Source: Schmidtea polychroa
Lineage: Eukaryota
Reading direction: 5' to 3'
Assembly: GCA_044892525.1 (NCBI GenBank)
Contig: CM097887.1
Location: 17,670,001 to 17,734,000, forward strand
Length of the DNA: 64,000 bases
Shown here: positions 46,801-60,887 of the stretch, piece by piece
How the letters are laid out: every line of letters begins with the position of its first letter
Numbering within the stretch: position 1 is the first letter of the stretch
The notes under the pieces: generated by a model
Database searches by the model: none
Seen by the model: the letters and a program-made list of their open reading frames with translations, nothing else
What the model was told of the DNA's origin: nothing
Program-made: the position numbers and the translations under genes

Positions 46801-49800
46801 TTATCCTTTAGGCAATTTATCAATTCTTGATAATCGATTGGTGGATTTGAGTGTTCTACGGATTTTAATTCGTGTCGGTATTGATCGATTTCTCTTTCAT
46901 AATACAATTCCATGTCGTTGAGTTTGGATTTATAGTTTTCAATTATTATATTTTGATTATTGATTTGTTGGTGAGCTTTCATTATTTGCTGTTCGACATT
47001 GTCATTGATATTCTTGATTTCATTGATTCGATTGGTTTTGTCAAGCAGATCTTGTTTCAAATCATTCAATTGGAGTATTTGATTAGCTGCATCATCGTAA
47101 GCATATTTTAATTGGTCGAATTTTTCCTCCAATACCTTATAGTTATTTTCGCTATCGTAATATGATTGATTCCATTTCTCTAGTTCAATATTATCGATTT
47201 GTATTTGATTTTCTAATTCTTTGACTCGATTGCAACAAAATCGATAATCGTTTTCCAATGCCTTTTGAGACAACTTTAATTCTTCGATTTCCTGATTGTG
47301 GCATTCAATAGTTTCTTGTAATTCATCGGCACATCCTTGAATGACATTGATTTCGTGATTGGGAACATCGAAACTTTGCTGATTGTGGGAAAAGTTAATA
47401 TTTTGATAGTAATGTGACAAATTGTTGTAATCATCTTTCAATTGCTGATACTTGTAATCAAGATCCTGATAATCACATTGAATCTGTTCGTAATTCGATA
47501 CATTTCGACAAATCAATTCCTTTTCTTTCTGCAATTCCATTATTCGTTTATCTTTCTTTTTCAGTTGATTTATTAAATTATCGATTTGACTACATAGGGA
47601 ACTGTAACGAGTTTTTAAGTCACAGTAATCTCGGTGCTCGAAATTAATCATTTCCGAATTGCAGATATCGATTTTGCTCAATGATGGATGAGAACCGTAG
47701 TGTCGAACTGATGATGAGAGGTTATCCTTTATTTTCATAGAAATTTCATCGACTTTTAATTGGCTGTCGTGTAATTGATTTGTCAAATCACAAATCTCCA
47801 TGTGCGCATTTCTCAATTGACATCCAATCGATTCGATTTTATCACTCAAATCCATATTGCACTTCTCTAATTTCGATTTCTCACAACACAATCGTTCTAA
47901 TTCCGAGTCTTTCAAACAGCTCTCCTGCACTAATTGAGAATTCTCTTCGGTTAGTTTGTGATAACTCTCAGACAGGCAAATCATTTTGTTGTTATGACTA
48001 CTGAAAGTCGTTTCCACTAATTGTCGGTCTCGATTGAGAGTTTCGAGTTGGTTTTGAATCTGTAGATATTGGCATTCCAATTGTTCGTAATTGCATTTCA
48101 GCTGGCCATATTTATCCAGCCATTGATTATTACAACATTTCAATTTATCTTCCGTGGAAAACAATTGTTTTTGGATGTATTCGAGGTTTTCCTGTAGACA
48201 AATACATTGCATATTTTTCTGTTCGATTGTTCTCAATGCTTCCTGTTCGATGTTTCCAATCTGGTTGAATTTCTCTTGGAACTCTTCGCATTGCTTCAAA
48301 ATGCATTCGTATTCCTTTTGCAGTTGTTCACAGTCTATCGATTTCCGTTTCAGGCCACCGTTTAAATCGTTCTCCATATCTTTGTAGTGTTGGATTTGAA
48401 TTTCTTTCGCTTTGAGCTCTTCGTTAGTTTTCTCGAGTTTCCCCGATAGAATTCGATACTCTTCTTCTAGTTCGTAGAATTGATTGGAAATTTTCTCCAG
48501 TTCCATTTTGTATTTCAGATTTTCTTCTGTCAACTCATCGATTTGTTGAATGGCTTGATTCAGGGTTTTCGATTGGTTGTCGATGGATTTCTCGTTCGTT
48601 TGAATTACATCCGACAGCCTTCGTATTTCCTTCTGTTCGGTTTCGGATTTCATTGACGTGCGGACGATTTGATTTTTTGTATCGATTAAATTATTTGTGA
48701 GAGCTTCGATTTTCGATTGCAATCCGAGAATTTCCGTTTTATAATTGACTTTTTCATTTTCCAACAATTCTTTCGTTTGTTTCAAAGTGAAATTTTCGTT
48801 TTCCAAATCCTTCAAAGCAGACTCAATAGTGGATTTTGTCTGCATTAGGTTTCGATAGTTTTCTTGAATTTCTCGCAATTGATTTGTCAATTGTTCGACA
48901 GAATTCTTCAGTTCATCTTCAGTTTTCACTGAGTCTCGTCTCAAAAGTTCAAGATCTTTTGATTTTGAATTTGCAAATTCAATTTCATTGGATAGCTTTT
49001 CATTTTGGATTTGTTTGATTGTCAACTCGTTTTTCATGGATTCGAGTTCGGCCATTTTTAAATTGATGCACAGTCGAAGGGAATTGTTTTCAGTTTTTAG
49101 ATTTTCGAGATTTGCTTGAGTAATTTCCAACGTGTTTTTCGATTGAACTTGAAATTTGTCACTGACTTTTACGATTTGGAGCTCGGAATTTAAAACCTCG
49201 ATTTCCGATGCCAATCGATGCAGTTCTGCATTTAGAAAGTAAACTGTGTTATTTTTGTCGGTCAATTCGTCGTTTTTACTGTGCAATTCCGTAATGAATG
49301 TCGCTCGGATTTTTTCTTTATCTTTCAACATTTTCTGTAATATTTGTTCTTTCAACAAAAGATTTTGTTCGTGTTTACTGCTTCGTTGAGATTCGTCTTC
49401 AATTTTATTGACAAGTCGACGATTCTCGATCATTATCGTTGAGAATTGATCGGATTTTAATTTCAATTCCAAATTCAATTCATCGATTTTTCGATCGCGA
49501 TTTTTGATTTCTTTCAACGAATATTCTCGGATTTCGTTACTTTTTCCTTCAAAATCAACATAGAGTTTCTGGATTTCACTATTGATCTGTTGCACAGAAT
49601 TGTCGCTTTGAATCAAGCCAATCGGTGGCAATGATGATTTTCGTTGAATTGACAGTTCTAAACGTTGGGGTTTTATGTTTTAAATTTTTTTTAAAAATTT
49701 TTAATTTTTTTAAAAAAGATTTTAAATTATAAAATTAAAAAAACTTAAATAAAAATACAAATAAAAACTCAACTTACTTTGTCTTTCTGAATTCAATTTC

Positions 49801-52800
49801 GTAATTTCCATTCGAAGTTTATCATTTTCTGTTCGAAGACTTTCGATTTCATTGGTTAAATTTTTAATAGTCGTATTAAGTAATTTTAACTGACTCTCGT
49901 CTTGAAATCGACTGCTGAGATCTTCTTTGATATTTGTGTTTTCCAAAGTCATTGAATGAAGCATCTTTTCCGATTCTTCCAACGCGTCAGTTTTCACTTT
50001 GATTATCTTCAATGAATTTTCGATTATTTCATCTTTCTCCTTCAACAAATGCTGTAAATTTGTGAGGTTTTCACTGCGTTCATTGAGCTGTTGATTCAAA
50101 TACTCAATTCTTTTGTCATTTTCAGCTAACTCCAAACGTAAATTTCTGATTTCATCACCAAAACTCTGGGACTTTTCTAAAGAGAGAAGTTTCGATTGAC
50201 TATTGATTGATCGTCTTTCTAATGTTTCGATTTTCGATTTCAAAAATGCGATTTCGGAATCTTTTTGAAGTAGTAATTGTTGATTGATATCAACTGTATC
50301 GTGGGCACATGGATCGGCACAAGGAATGATGCATTCGTCGTTTTTGACGAGTTTTCTCAGGTTATCTACCAATTCAACTTTCTCATTCAATTCATCAGTC
50401 AAACAGATTAAGATTCCTTCTAAGTCGACAACTTTCTGTTTATACATATCCGATTGGTCGGCTTCGGATTTTACTATGATTTTACTGACGTGATTCTCTT
50501 CACAATTTCGATTCATGTCAGAAATGCGATCCCGTAATTGTTTGATTTGATTTTCCAGTGCATTTTTATCGGAGTTTATTGAGTTATTTCTGATTTCCAT
50601 TGTTTTGTTTTCAATTTTTAAATTACTAACACTGCTCCTCAGTTGGATCTCTTGGAATTCGTCTTGTTGTAGTTGTTTCATTAACTGTTGATTCTCTCGT
50701 TTCAATTTTTCAATGGCTTCGTTTAATTCATTGTTGGGATCGGTTTGGCTTGATTTTAATTGCAAAGCCGCAGTTTTCAATCGAAATTCTTCGGCTAATT
50801 TCTTTTTTTCTTCTTCCATGTTTGCTATAGAATCAAGCAGTTCCATTTTCTCCATATTACTTTTATCCAATTCTTTCTGTAAAGCACTGATTACATTTTT
50901 CATTTCCCCAATCTGACCTTCTAGAGATTCTAAATTTTTCGACAACATAGAATTTTTTTGAGAATTTTCATTGTTCAATAATTTTAATTCGTTGTATTTA
51001 TTTTTGAAAACTTTCAAATCTTCAATTTCTTTATTTAATCTTTCAATTTCTGCATCTTTGATAGTTTCGATTGATTTTTTTACGTGTTCTTGAGTTGATG
51101 ACAAATTGGCAAACTGATCTGATACTCGGCGCATGGCATACTCAAGATTATCCAATTCGGAGTTTTTCATTTGTAAATTCCGATCGGATTGTTTATTTTT
51201 CACAGATAACACTTCGATTTCACCTTTTAATCGATCGTTTTCAAATTGGCATTCTTTAGAATTTTTAAGCAATTCTTTGTGCTCAGAATTCAGTCTTTTC
51301 AATTCGCTTTCGATTCGTGCTTTTTCGTCCATAATTTTTTGCAAATCCAACAGTTTTTCTTTCAGATTTTCAATCTGATAGTTTTTATCGTCGAGTTCAG
51401 AATTGAAGTGTTTCTTATCTCTTTGATGAGCCTCTCTCATTATTTGGATTTCTTCTTCGAGATTTTTTATTTTTTCCGTTTGAGTGCTAATCACAGACAT
51501 TTTGTCAGCATCTTTTTCTTGGGAATTCAATAGGCTAGTTAATCGAGAATTGGTATCGATGCTTTGAATGTCACGTTTTTGATTTGGAGCATACATTGCA
51601 TTCTTTTCAATCAGAGTCACATTTTCCGCCGATAGAGCTAGTATTTTTTGTCTTTGGCTATTGGCGGATTTGACTAGATATTCAATCACTAATCGCAAAT
51701 TATCGTCCAATAAAAAGCAATTGTGGAGATAATTTTTTAAATCACTTTTGAAACCTCGGTCCATGTCGAGAGACAAAATTGAATTCATATGCGTTTGTAG
51801 TTTTTCGAAACTTTCAATGTCTTCGGTCAAATTCGATTCCAAAAATTTGATAATTGAATTTTTCAAATTAATTTCATTGGTAAGGAATTCTTTGAATAAT
51901 TCTATATCATTTTGATTTTGATCTGTTTTTCCAGTCATTCCAACAACATCAATGATAAATTTTTCCAAAGAATTATAAGCATTGCATTCCGGATCTAATA
52001 AACGCAAAAGATCGGGTCGATTTTCAGTTAGATATTTTTTAATACAGCACAACAAAGAATTTATGTTGCTAGCCTTCATTTCAATACTTTGAGATGCTCG
52101 CGTACTCGTAACTGGACATGGATCCTGATCTCGAATTGGAATGTTCGTTGGAGAACATTCCGTTAACTGCCTAATGCAGCAGCGTAATTCACAAATGGTG
52201 TCATCTTTGAATTGATTATATTCTGACAGGAGTTTTATTTGATTTTTAAAATCATCCAACAAATCTGATTGTTCCAAAAGTGCTTCTTTTGATATTTCGT
52301 TTTCTTCTTGTGCCAATAACAATTCATTGCTCAATTGATTAACCACAGAATGATCTTGGTGCACCATGTTAGCCAAATCAAGTTTATTTTGTAGATCCTT
52401 AATCAATTGAGACTTGCAATCATTTTCCACTTGTAATTGTTCATTTAAACGATTACTGTATGATATTTCTCGATCGTAACGATTTGTTTCATAGTGTGAA
52501 ACGAGAACTTCTTTGCTGTCCAATTCACATTTGAGTTCGGAATTCTCATGATTCATTTTATCGACTCGATGTTTCAAATCATTGATCATTAGTTCTTTGT
52601 TGTGCAAAGATTCCCGCAAATAAAACGTTTCGTTTTCCAAAGCTTGCATCGCTGAAATATTCGAACGGGATTTCACAGATGACAATGATCGTAAAGCGTC
52701 TTTTGCTTTTTCTAATTGGCGCTTCAGGCAAATCAATTCTTCGGAAAGGATATTTTCTTGATTTTCGTAATCGATAATTAGTTTATCATTGGCTTTGCAT

Positions 52801-52874
52801 AAGACTTTCAAACGGTCCGAGAGACATTTTATCAATGAATCTCGATAATATATTTCCCGTTGCATTTGATTGAT
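40894..52874 (-). CDS. Giant spliced coiled-coil protein (>3,200 aa), unidentified
   Basis: Phase-compatible exons 49778-52874, 43575-49657, 41365-41541, 41091-41318, 40894-41056, with GT-AG introns of 120, ~2030, 46 and 34 nt. Heptad-rich E/K/Q/L composition. Candidate upstream exons 54883-54918 and 56496-56645. Confidence 0.85.
41885..42069 (+). mobile_element. Mariner 3' relic within an intron of the coiled-coil gene
   Basis: QLKTLTKDYFQNCFRKWQEERDKCVLSERKYFKGDC* (mariner C-terminus); TIR-like TCACTGTATCTTTTGATAATACCTC followed by TA. Confidence 0.8.
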
Positions 52875-53312
52875 CTGTTTAATACATATTTTCGATAATC
52901 CGCGAGCAAAATTCAAATTAATATTTATAAGAAACTTTTTTGGTATAGAAAATGAAATCAAATGAAATAAAAATCCTATTAAACGGAAGAATTAATTACT
53001 ATAAAGAATCAGCAACAAAGTGAAAATGAAATTATGGGAAATATATGGAAGAGCGGGAAAAGCAAAAAGAATGTGTAAAAATTAGAAATTCGTTAATTAA
53101 GTAATTAGCAGTCTCAATAGGTAATCAAATGAAAATGTAAGCAAGTTGAATTTTAGAGAGTAATTATCAAGACGTGGTGATAAACAGGAGTACAATGAAT
53201 GAAGATTAGAATAGGCAAATTGTAAAAATTTTAAATAAAATAGATTAATGTCAGGCTTAATTATAAAAATTATATCAAACTTTACAAAATCGAAAAAATT
53301 AATTATTTAATA

Positions 53313-53558
53313 CAGCCATGGCCAAATGTGGCCCGCGAAGCGTTTTGATGTGGCCCGGACACAATTTAAACATCAAATCAATAATTGCCTTTTTTAGAAT
53401 TCATATTCGAATTAAGCATGTTTGTAATTTAAAAAATTGATTCTAAGTTTACTTGAATCGAAAAACGAGTTATATTTATTTAAATGAATTTATTGTGGCC
53501 CGTGATAGTATTTTTCCGAAAATTTGGCCCTTCGATTGATTTGGGTTGGCCACCACTG
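53313..53558. mobile_element. hAT (Buster-type) MITE
   Basis: CAGCCATGGCCAA / TTGGCCACCACTG; perfect TSD ATTTAATA; GGCCC subterminal repeats. Confidence 0.88.
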
Positions 53559-53669
53559 ATTTAATACATTTGAAAACAAAAATAACAATGCGAATACCCT
53601 CAATTTAACACCAAAACTATCAAAATTGTTTTGATATTTTCAAATGTATTGAATGGTTAAATTAAATTT

Positions 53670-54850
53670 TTTTAAATAATAAAAACTTTGTAATTTTTAA
53701 TTTTGTTTTATAAAGTTTATTATTAAAATTAAAATTATATTTATTGTCTGTGAATAAATATTTTAAATGTTTTATGGTAATAATCTAATTTAAAAACCAA
53801 TTAATTATTAATTTATAATTAAAAATAAAAATTTTGTAATTTTGTTTTTAAAATTTTTTAATTTATGTTGATTGGTAAAATCAAAAATTTTATTTATTTT
53901 AAGTAAATAAATATTTAAAAAATATATTTTGAAAATAATTAATTATTAATTTTAATAAATAAATAGAAATTTTTAAAATAATAAAAACTTTGTAATTTTT
54001 ATTTTTTTTTATTTTTTAAAAAATTTATAGATTGATTGTTAAAATTAAAATTATACTCATTGTGTGAGAATAAATATATAAAAAATAATTAATTATTAAT
54101 TGTAATTAAAAATAAAAAATTTGTAATTTGCTCTTTCGTTTTTTTTAAATTTTTTTAATTTATATGCTGATTGTTAAAATCAAAAATTAGTCTTCAAGTT
54201 GTTTTTAATAAATATTTATAATTTGTAAGTTTATTTTTTAAGTTTTTTAAAAATTGTTAAAATTAAAATTATATTTATTTGTGTGAATAAATATTTAAAA
54301 TGTTTTATGGTAATAATCTAATTTAAAACAATATTATTATTAATTTATATAATTAAAAATAAAAATTTTGTAATTTATAATTTTGTTTTTTAAATTTTTT
54401 TAATTTATATGATTATTGTTAAAATCAAGAATTTTATTTATTGTGTAAATAAATATTTTAAAAATAATTAATTATTAATTTAAATAAATAAATGGAAATT
54501 TTTAAAATAATAAAAACTTTATAATTTATATTATAAGAACTTTTTTTCCAATTTCACCACTGATTTTTTTCCATTGTATTTAATCAAAAGAGTTTCAAGA
54601 CTATAAATCAGTAAATATATCGATGTTTTTGATATATTTACTGATTTATAGTCTTCAAGCTTCTTTTAAAAAATATTTATAATTTGTAATTTTATTTTTA
54701 AAATTTTTTAAAAATTGTTAAAATTAAAATTATATTTATTGTGTGTCAATAAATATTTAAAAAATAATTAATTATTAATTATAATTAAAAATAAAATTTT
54801 TTTAATTTGTAATTTTGTTTTTTAAATTTGATTAAAATTTATAGAATAAT
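53670..54850. repeat. Degenerate AT-rich tandem duplications (~250-300 bp units)
   Basis: AATAATAAAAACTTT recurs at ~53677, ~53977 and ~54507; AAAATTAAAATTATATTTATT recurs several times. Confidence 0.6.
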
Positions 54851-55584
54851 TCTGAATTTAAAATTAGTGTTTTCTATCATACTTGATGATGACTGGAAAA
54901 CTGTCGGCATATATCGTTCTAGAGTATGGAAACGTATGGAAACGTATTTATTATTATAAATATATAAACTTGAATTTTCCTTGTTAACCTAAACATCGTA
55001 AAATCTAATAATTAATAAAAATTCCATTGAAAAACTTAAAAACTTAAAATATTACTTTGTCTAATATAGTGATTTATTGACAAATATGTGATTAAATAGC
55101 AAGATTAAAGTTGCACAAATCTGTCAATATTTCTAACCCACGCATTTGTATAAAGGGAGAAATCGATAATAATTGAATATAATATTAGTTGTGTTGATTA
55201 GAATCGATAATAAAGGTTTCAGACTGGAAGCATATAAAATGACACGCCCCTCTCAATTAAAAAGACTAATTTTAACGTTTTTTTTTGTGAATTCAACATT
55301 TGCTTTTCTAGTTTTACCTATCAGTGTTTTTGATTACCATATCACAGCAACACCATTGCCACATTTATTTGTTTTATTGGTTTTCTTCGTAATTGTTGCA
55401 CTAAAAAATTTTATTTTAATCGACAAAACCCCATTTCTATTACATTGTAACCTATTTTTCTCTATAGGGAATCATTTATAATTGTACCATTCACAACTAA
55501 AAAATGTTACCAAATGTTAAAAAAATAATTTTTCAAAAAAAGTATTAATAGCTACAACAATTTCAAGTTATAATTACATAATTA

Positions 55585-56375
55585 ATTCTATCAATATATC
55601 TATCAATCAATATATCGAATAATATATCAATCAATATATCTATCAATCAATATATCGATTAATATATCAATCAATATATCTATCAAAATATCTATCAATG
55701 TATCCATTAATCAATATACCTATCAATCAATATATCTATCAATATATTAATCGATATTTATCAATATATCAATCTATATCTATCAATCTATATCTATCAA
55801 TATATCAATCAATATATCAATCAATATATCAATCAATATATCAATCTATATCTATCAATATATCAATCAATATATCAATCTATATCTATCAATAAATCAA
55901 TCAATATAATAATATATATCTATCAATATATTAATCGATATTTATCAATATATCAATCTATATCTATCAATATATCAATCAATATAATAATATATATCTA
56001 TCAATATATTAATCGATATTTATCAATATATCAATCTATATCTATCAATATATCAATCTATATCTATCAATATATCAATCTATATCTATCAATATATCAA
56101 TCTATATCTATCAATCAATATCTATCAATATATCAATCTATATCTATCAATATATCAATCTATATCTATCAATATATCAATCTATATCTATCAATATATC
56201 AATCTATATCTATCAATATATCAATCTATATCTATCAATATATCAATCTATATCTATCAATATATCAAAATCTATATCTATCAATATATCAATCAATATA
56301 ATAATATATATCAATCAATATAATAATATATATCAATCAATATATCAATCTATATCTATCAATATATAAATCAAT
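55585..56375. repeat. Compound TATC/ATCA satellite with a 22-bp higher-order unit
   Basis: TATATCAATCTATATCTATCAA repeated many times; the strand is nearly G-free. Confidence 0.92.
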
Positions 56376-56979
56376 ATGGCAATTGCTTGCAGCGTTTCCT
56401 ATTTCACTATAAAATCAACAGTGAATATAATGGTTTATTGCTAGATGGATTTGTAGATAATATCCATCACAGATCATAAATATTGATAAAATTACCTCAG
56501 CATTATTATTGTTCGGCGTGTTTGAATAATTTGCCGTGTCATTTGATTTGCGTTTACATCCTAGAATACTTTCCAATTCTTTTAACGCGCTCATCATTTG
56601 TCTATATTCGTGTTTTAAGGCATCAGATAAATTGATTGAAGGCATCTAAATCATAGAGCTGAATAATTATGATAATTATTATAGTAAAAAACTACCGCTG
56701 AACCTATGTCATCGAAAATACCGCCAGTCAACATCTGAAAAAACCTCTAATCATTTTATTACTTATTATTTTAATAATAAACAATAACAATTAATATTAT
56801 AATTATTTTAAATTATTAATGTAGGGAGGAAAATTAAGTACAAAATAAAGAATCGAAATTATATTTAAATTTAAAAATCAACCATAAAAACATGATTTTT
56901 GAAACTATATTTTACTATCTTAATTTAGCTCAAAACTAAAATTTCAATGTGCGTTCTCAATGCTATGAAATATTTATTA

Positions 56980-57695
56980 CAGGGTTTTTCACTTGGTTTA
57001 TTCCATTTTTCAAAATGCTTAATCCATTATTTAAAGTCTTTATTTTTAAATAATTATTGATTCTATTTTTACATCGTAATGAGTGAAAGAAACAAATTAA
57101 ATATGAAAGGAAATTTGCAGGAGGTTTGAAGAAGACAAATCAATTGCTTTAATTCTTTCGGTATTTGACAATATAAAGCTTAAGAGAATAAATAATCTTC
57201 ATTATCAAGCTATATAGAGATGCTGGTAGGATACGCAGAAATTCTACTGAATCTACAGGTAGGCCTAAATTATTAGGTGAACCTGAAAAGGAATTAATAA
57301 GATCTTATATCGATCTAGATGTTTCTATTTCATTAGACATCAATTTAATTAAGGCAAAACTTCTGATGAATTTCCTAAATCAGTTTCAGGCTCAACAATA
57401 TATAGAGCAATTGATGAGTTTAATTATAGCTTTAAAAGAATTCAGCTAATACCCATTGCACGAAATACGCCTGGAAATATTATTAGAACGAATGAATATG
57501 CGTCTACATTTATAATAAATGAGAAAATAAGATGGTTTTTATTGATGAAACGGGTATTAGCTGTTCTACAAGGCGTTCCAATGGCTGGAGCGCTAGAGGG
57601 ACTACTTCTAAAAAATAGTTCAGGCAATACGTTCTAAAAACTTTTTTATTTGTGCAGCTATGAATAAAAGGGGTTTGATCATTTGATTTATTATT
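56980..57695 (+). pseudogene. IS630/Tc1-family transposase pseudogene (runs into gap)
   Basis: TA-CAGGGTTTTTCAC terminus; frameshifted STGRPKLLGEPEKELI, VSGSTIYRAIDEFNYSFKRI, VFIDETGISCSTRRSNGWSARG, SKNFFICAAMNKRG. Confidence 0.8.
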
Positions 57696-60045
57696 NNNNN
57701 NNNNNNNNNNNNNNNNNNNNNNNNNNNNNNNNNNNNNNNNNNNNNNNNNNNNNNNNNNNNNNNNNNNNNNNNNNNNNNNNNNNNNNNNNNNNNNNNNNNN
57801 NNNNNNNNNNNNNNNNNNNNNNNNNNNNNNNNNNNNNNNNNNNNNNNNNNNNNNNNNNNNNNNNNNNNNNNNNNNNNNNNNNNNNNNNNNNNNNNNNNNN
57901 NNNNNNNNNNNNNNNNNNNNNNNNNNNNNNNNNNNNNNNNNNNNNNNNNNNNNNNNNNNNNNNNNNNNNNNNNNNNNNNNNNNNNNNNNNNNNNNNNNNN
58001 NNNNNNNNNNNNNNNNNNNNNNNNNNNNNNNNNNNNNNNNNNNNNNNNNNNNNNNNNNNNNNNNNNNNNNNNNNNNNNNNNNNNNNNNNNNNNNNNNNNN
58101 NNNNNNNNNNNNNNNNNNNNNNNNNNNNNNNNNNNNNNNNNNNNNNNNNNNNNNNNNNNNNNNNNNNNNNNNNNNNNNNNNNNNNNNNNNNNNNNNNNNN
58201 NNNNNNNNNNNNNNNNNNNNNNNNNNNNNNNNNNNNNNNNNNNNNNNNNNNNNNNNNNNNNNNNNNNNNNNNNNNNNNNNNNNNNNNNNNNNNNNNNNNN
58301 NNNNNNNNNNNNNNNNNNNNNNNNNNNNNNNNNNNNNNNNNNNNNNNNNNNNNNNNNNNNNNNNNNNNNNNNNNNNNNNNNNNNNNNNNNNNNNNNNNNN
58401 NNNNNNNNNGTAATATTTTGAATTACACAATGAAAAATATTTGATCCCAAAAAGTGCATAGAAATGGATCAATTATTGCGATAATGTAAACAGCATGGAT
58501 TACATAATCAACAATTCAATCGATAAATGCTAATACTTCCACAGCATATTGGCGAGCCAAATGTTGCCATTGGATCTCATTTCAATTCAATTGTTTATTT
58601 ACTGAATTTATTTGTATAAAACAGACATGATTAATGAAATTTATTATTTTCGTTTTGTGATTTAGTTGTGTAAAATTCCTAATGCATTAAATATCTTGAT
58701 AAATAATCTATAAAAATAGTATTTTGCTTTATTATTGTCCAAAATGTGACCCAAAATACTGTCGAATATTATAGATTATTCTACGTCCACGTAATGATGT
58801 ATAGATCTAGTACCCTCATCGAATTCCTATATTTAGTGTATTGTTAGTGATGGGATTCAGCCCTAGTAAAGTTCTAGTAAATGCATACGGATTTTCATTT
58901 TACAAATCGATAAGAATTTGGAAAGCGTACCAAGAAAATTGTATCCCATCCTGCGTCACATTGTTTAATAATTCGATATCTTAAAAAATCTGACAGTTCA
59001 CCGGCACCTGGAGTGTGTAATATCATTAGCACAAATGTGAGAACACGTGGAAATGAGCTCTATTATATAGCCAATGGGAAGATACTAACCAATCATAATT
59101 AGCTTTCGCACGATGACAAATGATATGGCAATGTATTTATGATAATAAATAGCCCGGAACGATACCGCAACCTACCGTTTGAAACCTCTGCTTTAAGGCA
59201 TTTAGCTTTGCAATCAGCTTGAGTGTTACTCGAGATGTATAATTAATATTGTCACCATATTTTCAATATCTAATTCAAATATTAAGATCCCACTAGCTTT
59301 TGTCAATACATTTATACTAAAATCTCCTTTTCAAGTCAAGAAAGCTTTGTTATTCATATTCAAGTTGACGCTTGAATCAAGATCACAATCACCAGCTTTG
59401 CTCCCTTCAAATATCCTCTTAAATTCTGGCAGTTACAAAGAATATTTCCATTTTGAAATTGCATTTATTCAAAAACAATTTATATTATTTCTAAATCACC
59501 TTCAAGAAATCTCTAAATTAAGTCTCTTTTTTCTTCAAAGCTTTATCCAAAATGTAGGATATTTTTTGTTTTGAGTTATTTCTTATTTCACTAAACTAAA
59601 AATATCATTTTCTTCTTAAACTCCACTATCCAAATCAAGTTACAGCCAGAATTATGATCATTTATAATTCTTACAAACTCAAGTCTACCCTTATTGAAAG
59701 ATTAATTCCAGTTAAATATATATCCAAATTACAAATGTTAATAGAAATAAATAATCAATATGCATTAAAAATGGCTGATATTTGTTATTGAAATGATTTA
59801 CACAATGCTGTACATTAATTAAATGTAAAAATATAAAATTAATCAAAATTATTAGCAATTTTTAAGGAATTACATATTTTATTCAAGTAATGGTTAAAGT
59901 AATAAAACCAAATTCTTTCCAATTAATAAATGTTATACCCGGTTTACTGTGCATTGCAGTTCATTGTATTGAGACTTTAAATCTGATTTTCCTACTAAAG
60001 GCTAAGATGATATTCAAATGAATATTTAATTTACTGATTTCTTAC

Positions 60046-60251
60046 CCGATTATAATCATTACTGTAATAAAAATCCGTAGATCCACTATGATCAGTATAT
60101 TCTGTTTGATTTCCAACAAGTGAGTTAAATCTATTACGCCTGCATAGTTTACTTGGATCCAGAGATGAGGAAAATGAATCGTATTTATCACATACATTTT
60201 TGTGAGACTCTAATGATGAAGCACGTGTACGATCCATTATTAATGTTAGAT
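60046..60251 (-). CDS. Probable exon (Ser/Asp-rich), possibly the 5' part of the coiled-coil gene
   Basis: TTTAG acceptor and CGG|GTAAGA donor bracket an open frame MDRTRASSLESHKNVCDKY...DYNR. Confidence 0.4.
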
Positions 60252-60887
60252 CTAAATTGTAAACAAAAATTAACAATAATGACATGTTTAGCGAAAATAT
60301 ACGTGAGAATATTTACAATTGTAATGTTTCAAATGTTTCTAAAATAATTTATTTAAAGTATTATGTCATTAAATTTGATGTATGAATCAATAATCAAAAT
60401 TTCAAGGTCATAAATACTTCGAATTAATTAAACAAGTCATTTATGAGTTTATAATTTTTAATATTTTATTTGTATTCATAATTTTTTTTTATTTAAATTA
60501 TCAGAAAATTCGATAAATTAAAATATATTTTTTGCTTTTTCTCTGCAAAGAAAACAATTATCTCAAAGAATAATTACCGCCTATTATTATTTACAATTTA
60601 TCGAATAAAACTTACTCAAAACATGAAATTTTTCACTTGATAAGTAACACAAATTGGAGGTTACTTCTTTACCTTTTTATGGAAATAATGGTTTTTTTTG
60701 CACTTTTCAATTTAATTTATTGTTTCTTTTGTTTAAGTTAGATATCTTGTTGTTTTAATAATTTGGAATTTGCGGTTTTTGTGAATTAAATAAAACTTGT
60801 TATTTATAAATTCTTTGAATAAATATATATTGTTAGTTTCAAGATTTTTCTGCGAAATTTAAAGATGGATCTAAAGACGGATTTAAC

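Noticed and set aside
43631-51533. Numerous + strand ORFs of 60-130 aa
   Set aside because: Antisense shadows of the coiled-coil exons; the same applies to those opposite the PLE and Gypsy ORFs.
57360-57390. CTGATGA-ATTT/AAAT as a hammerhead
   Set aside because: Followed by CAG, not GAAA; lies in the IS630/Tc1 coding relic.
57510-58472. Long ORFs containing X runs
   Set aside because: Artefacts of N gaps (also at 9.4, 13.6, 21.1, 28.1 and 42.4 kb).
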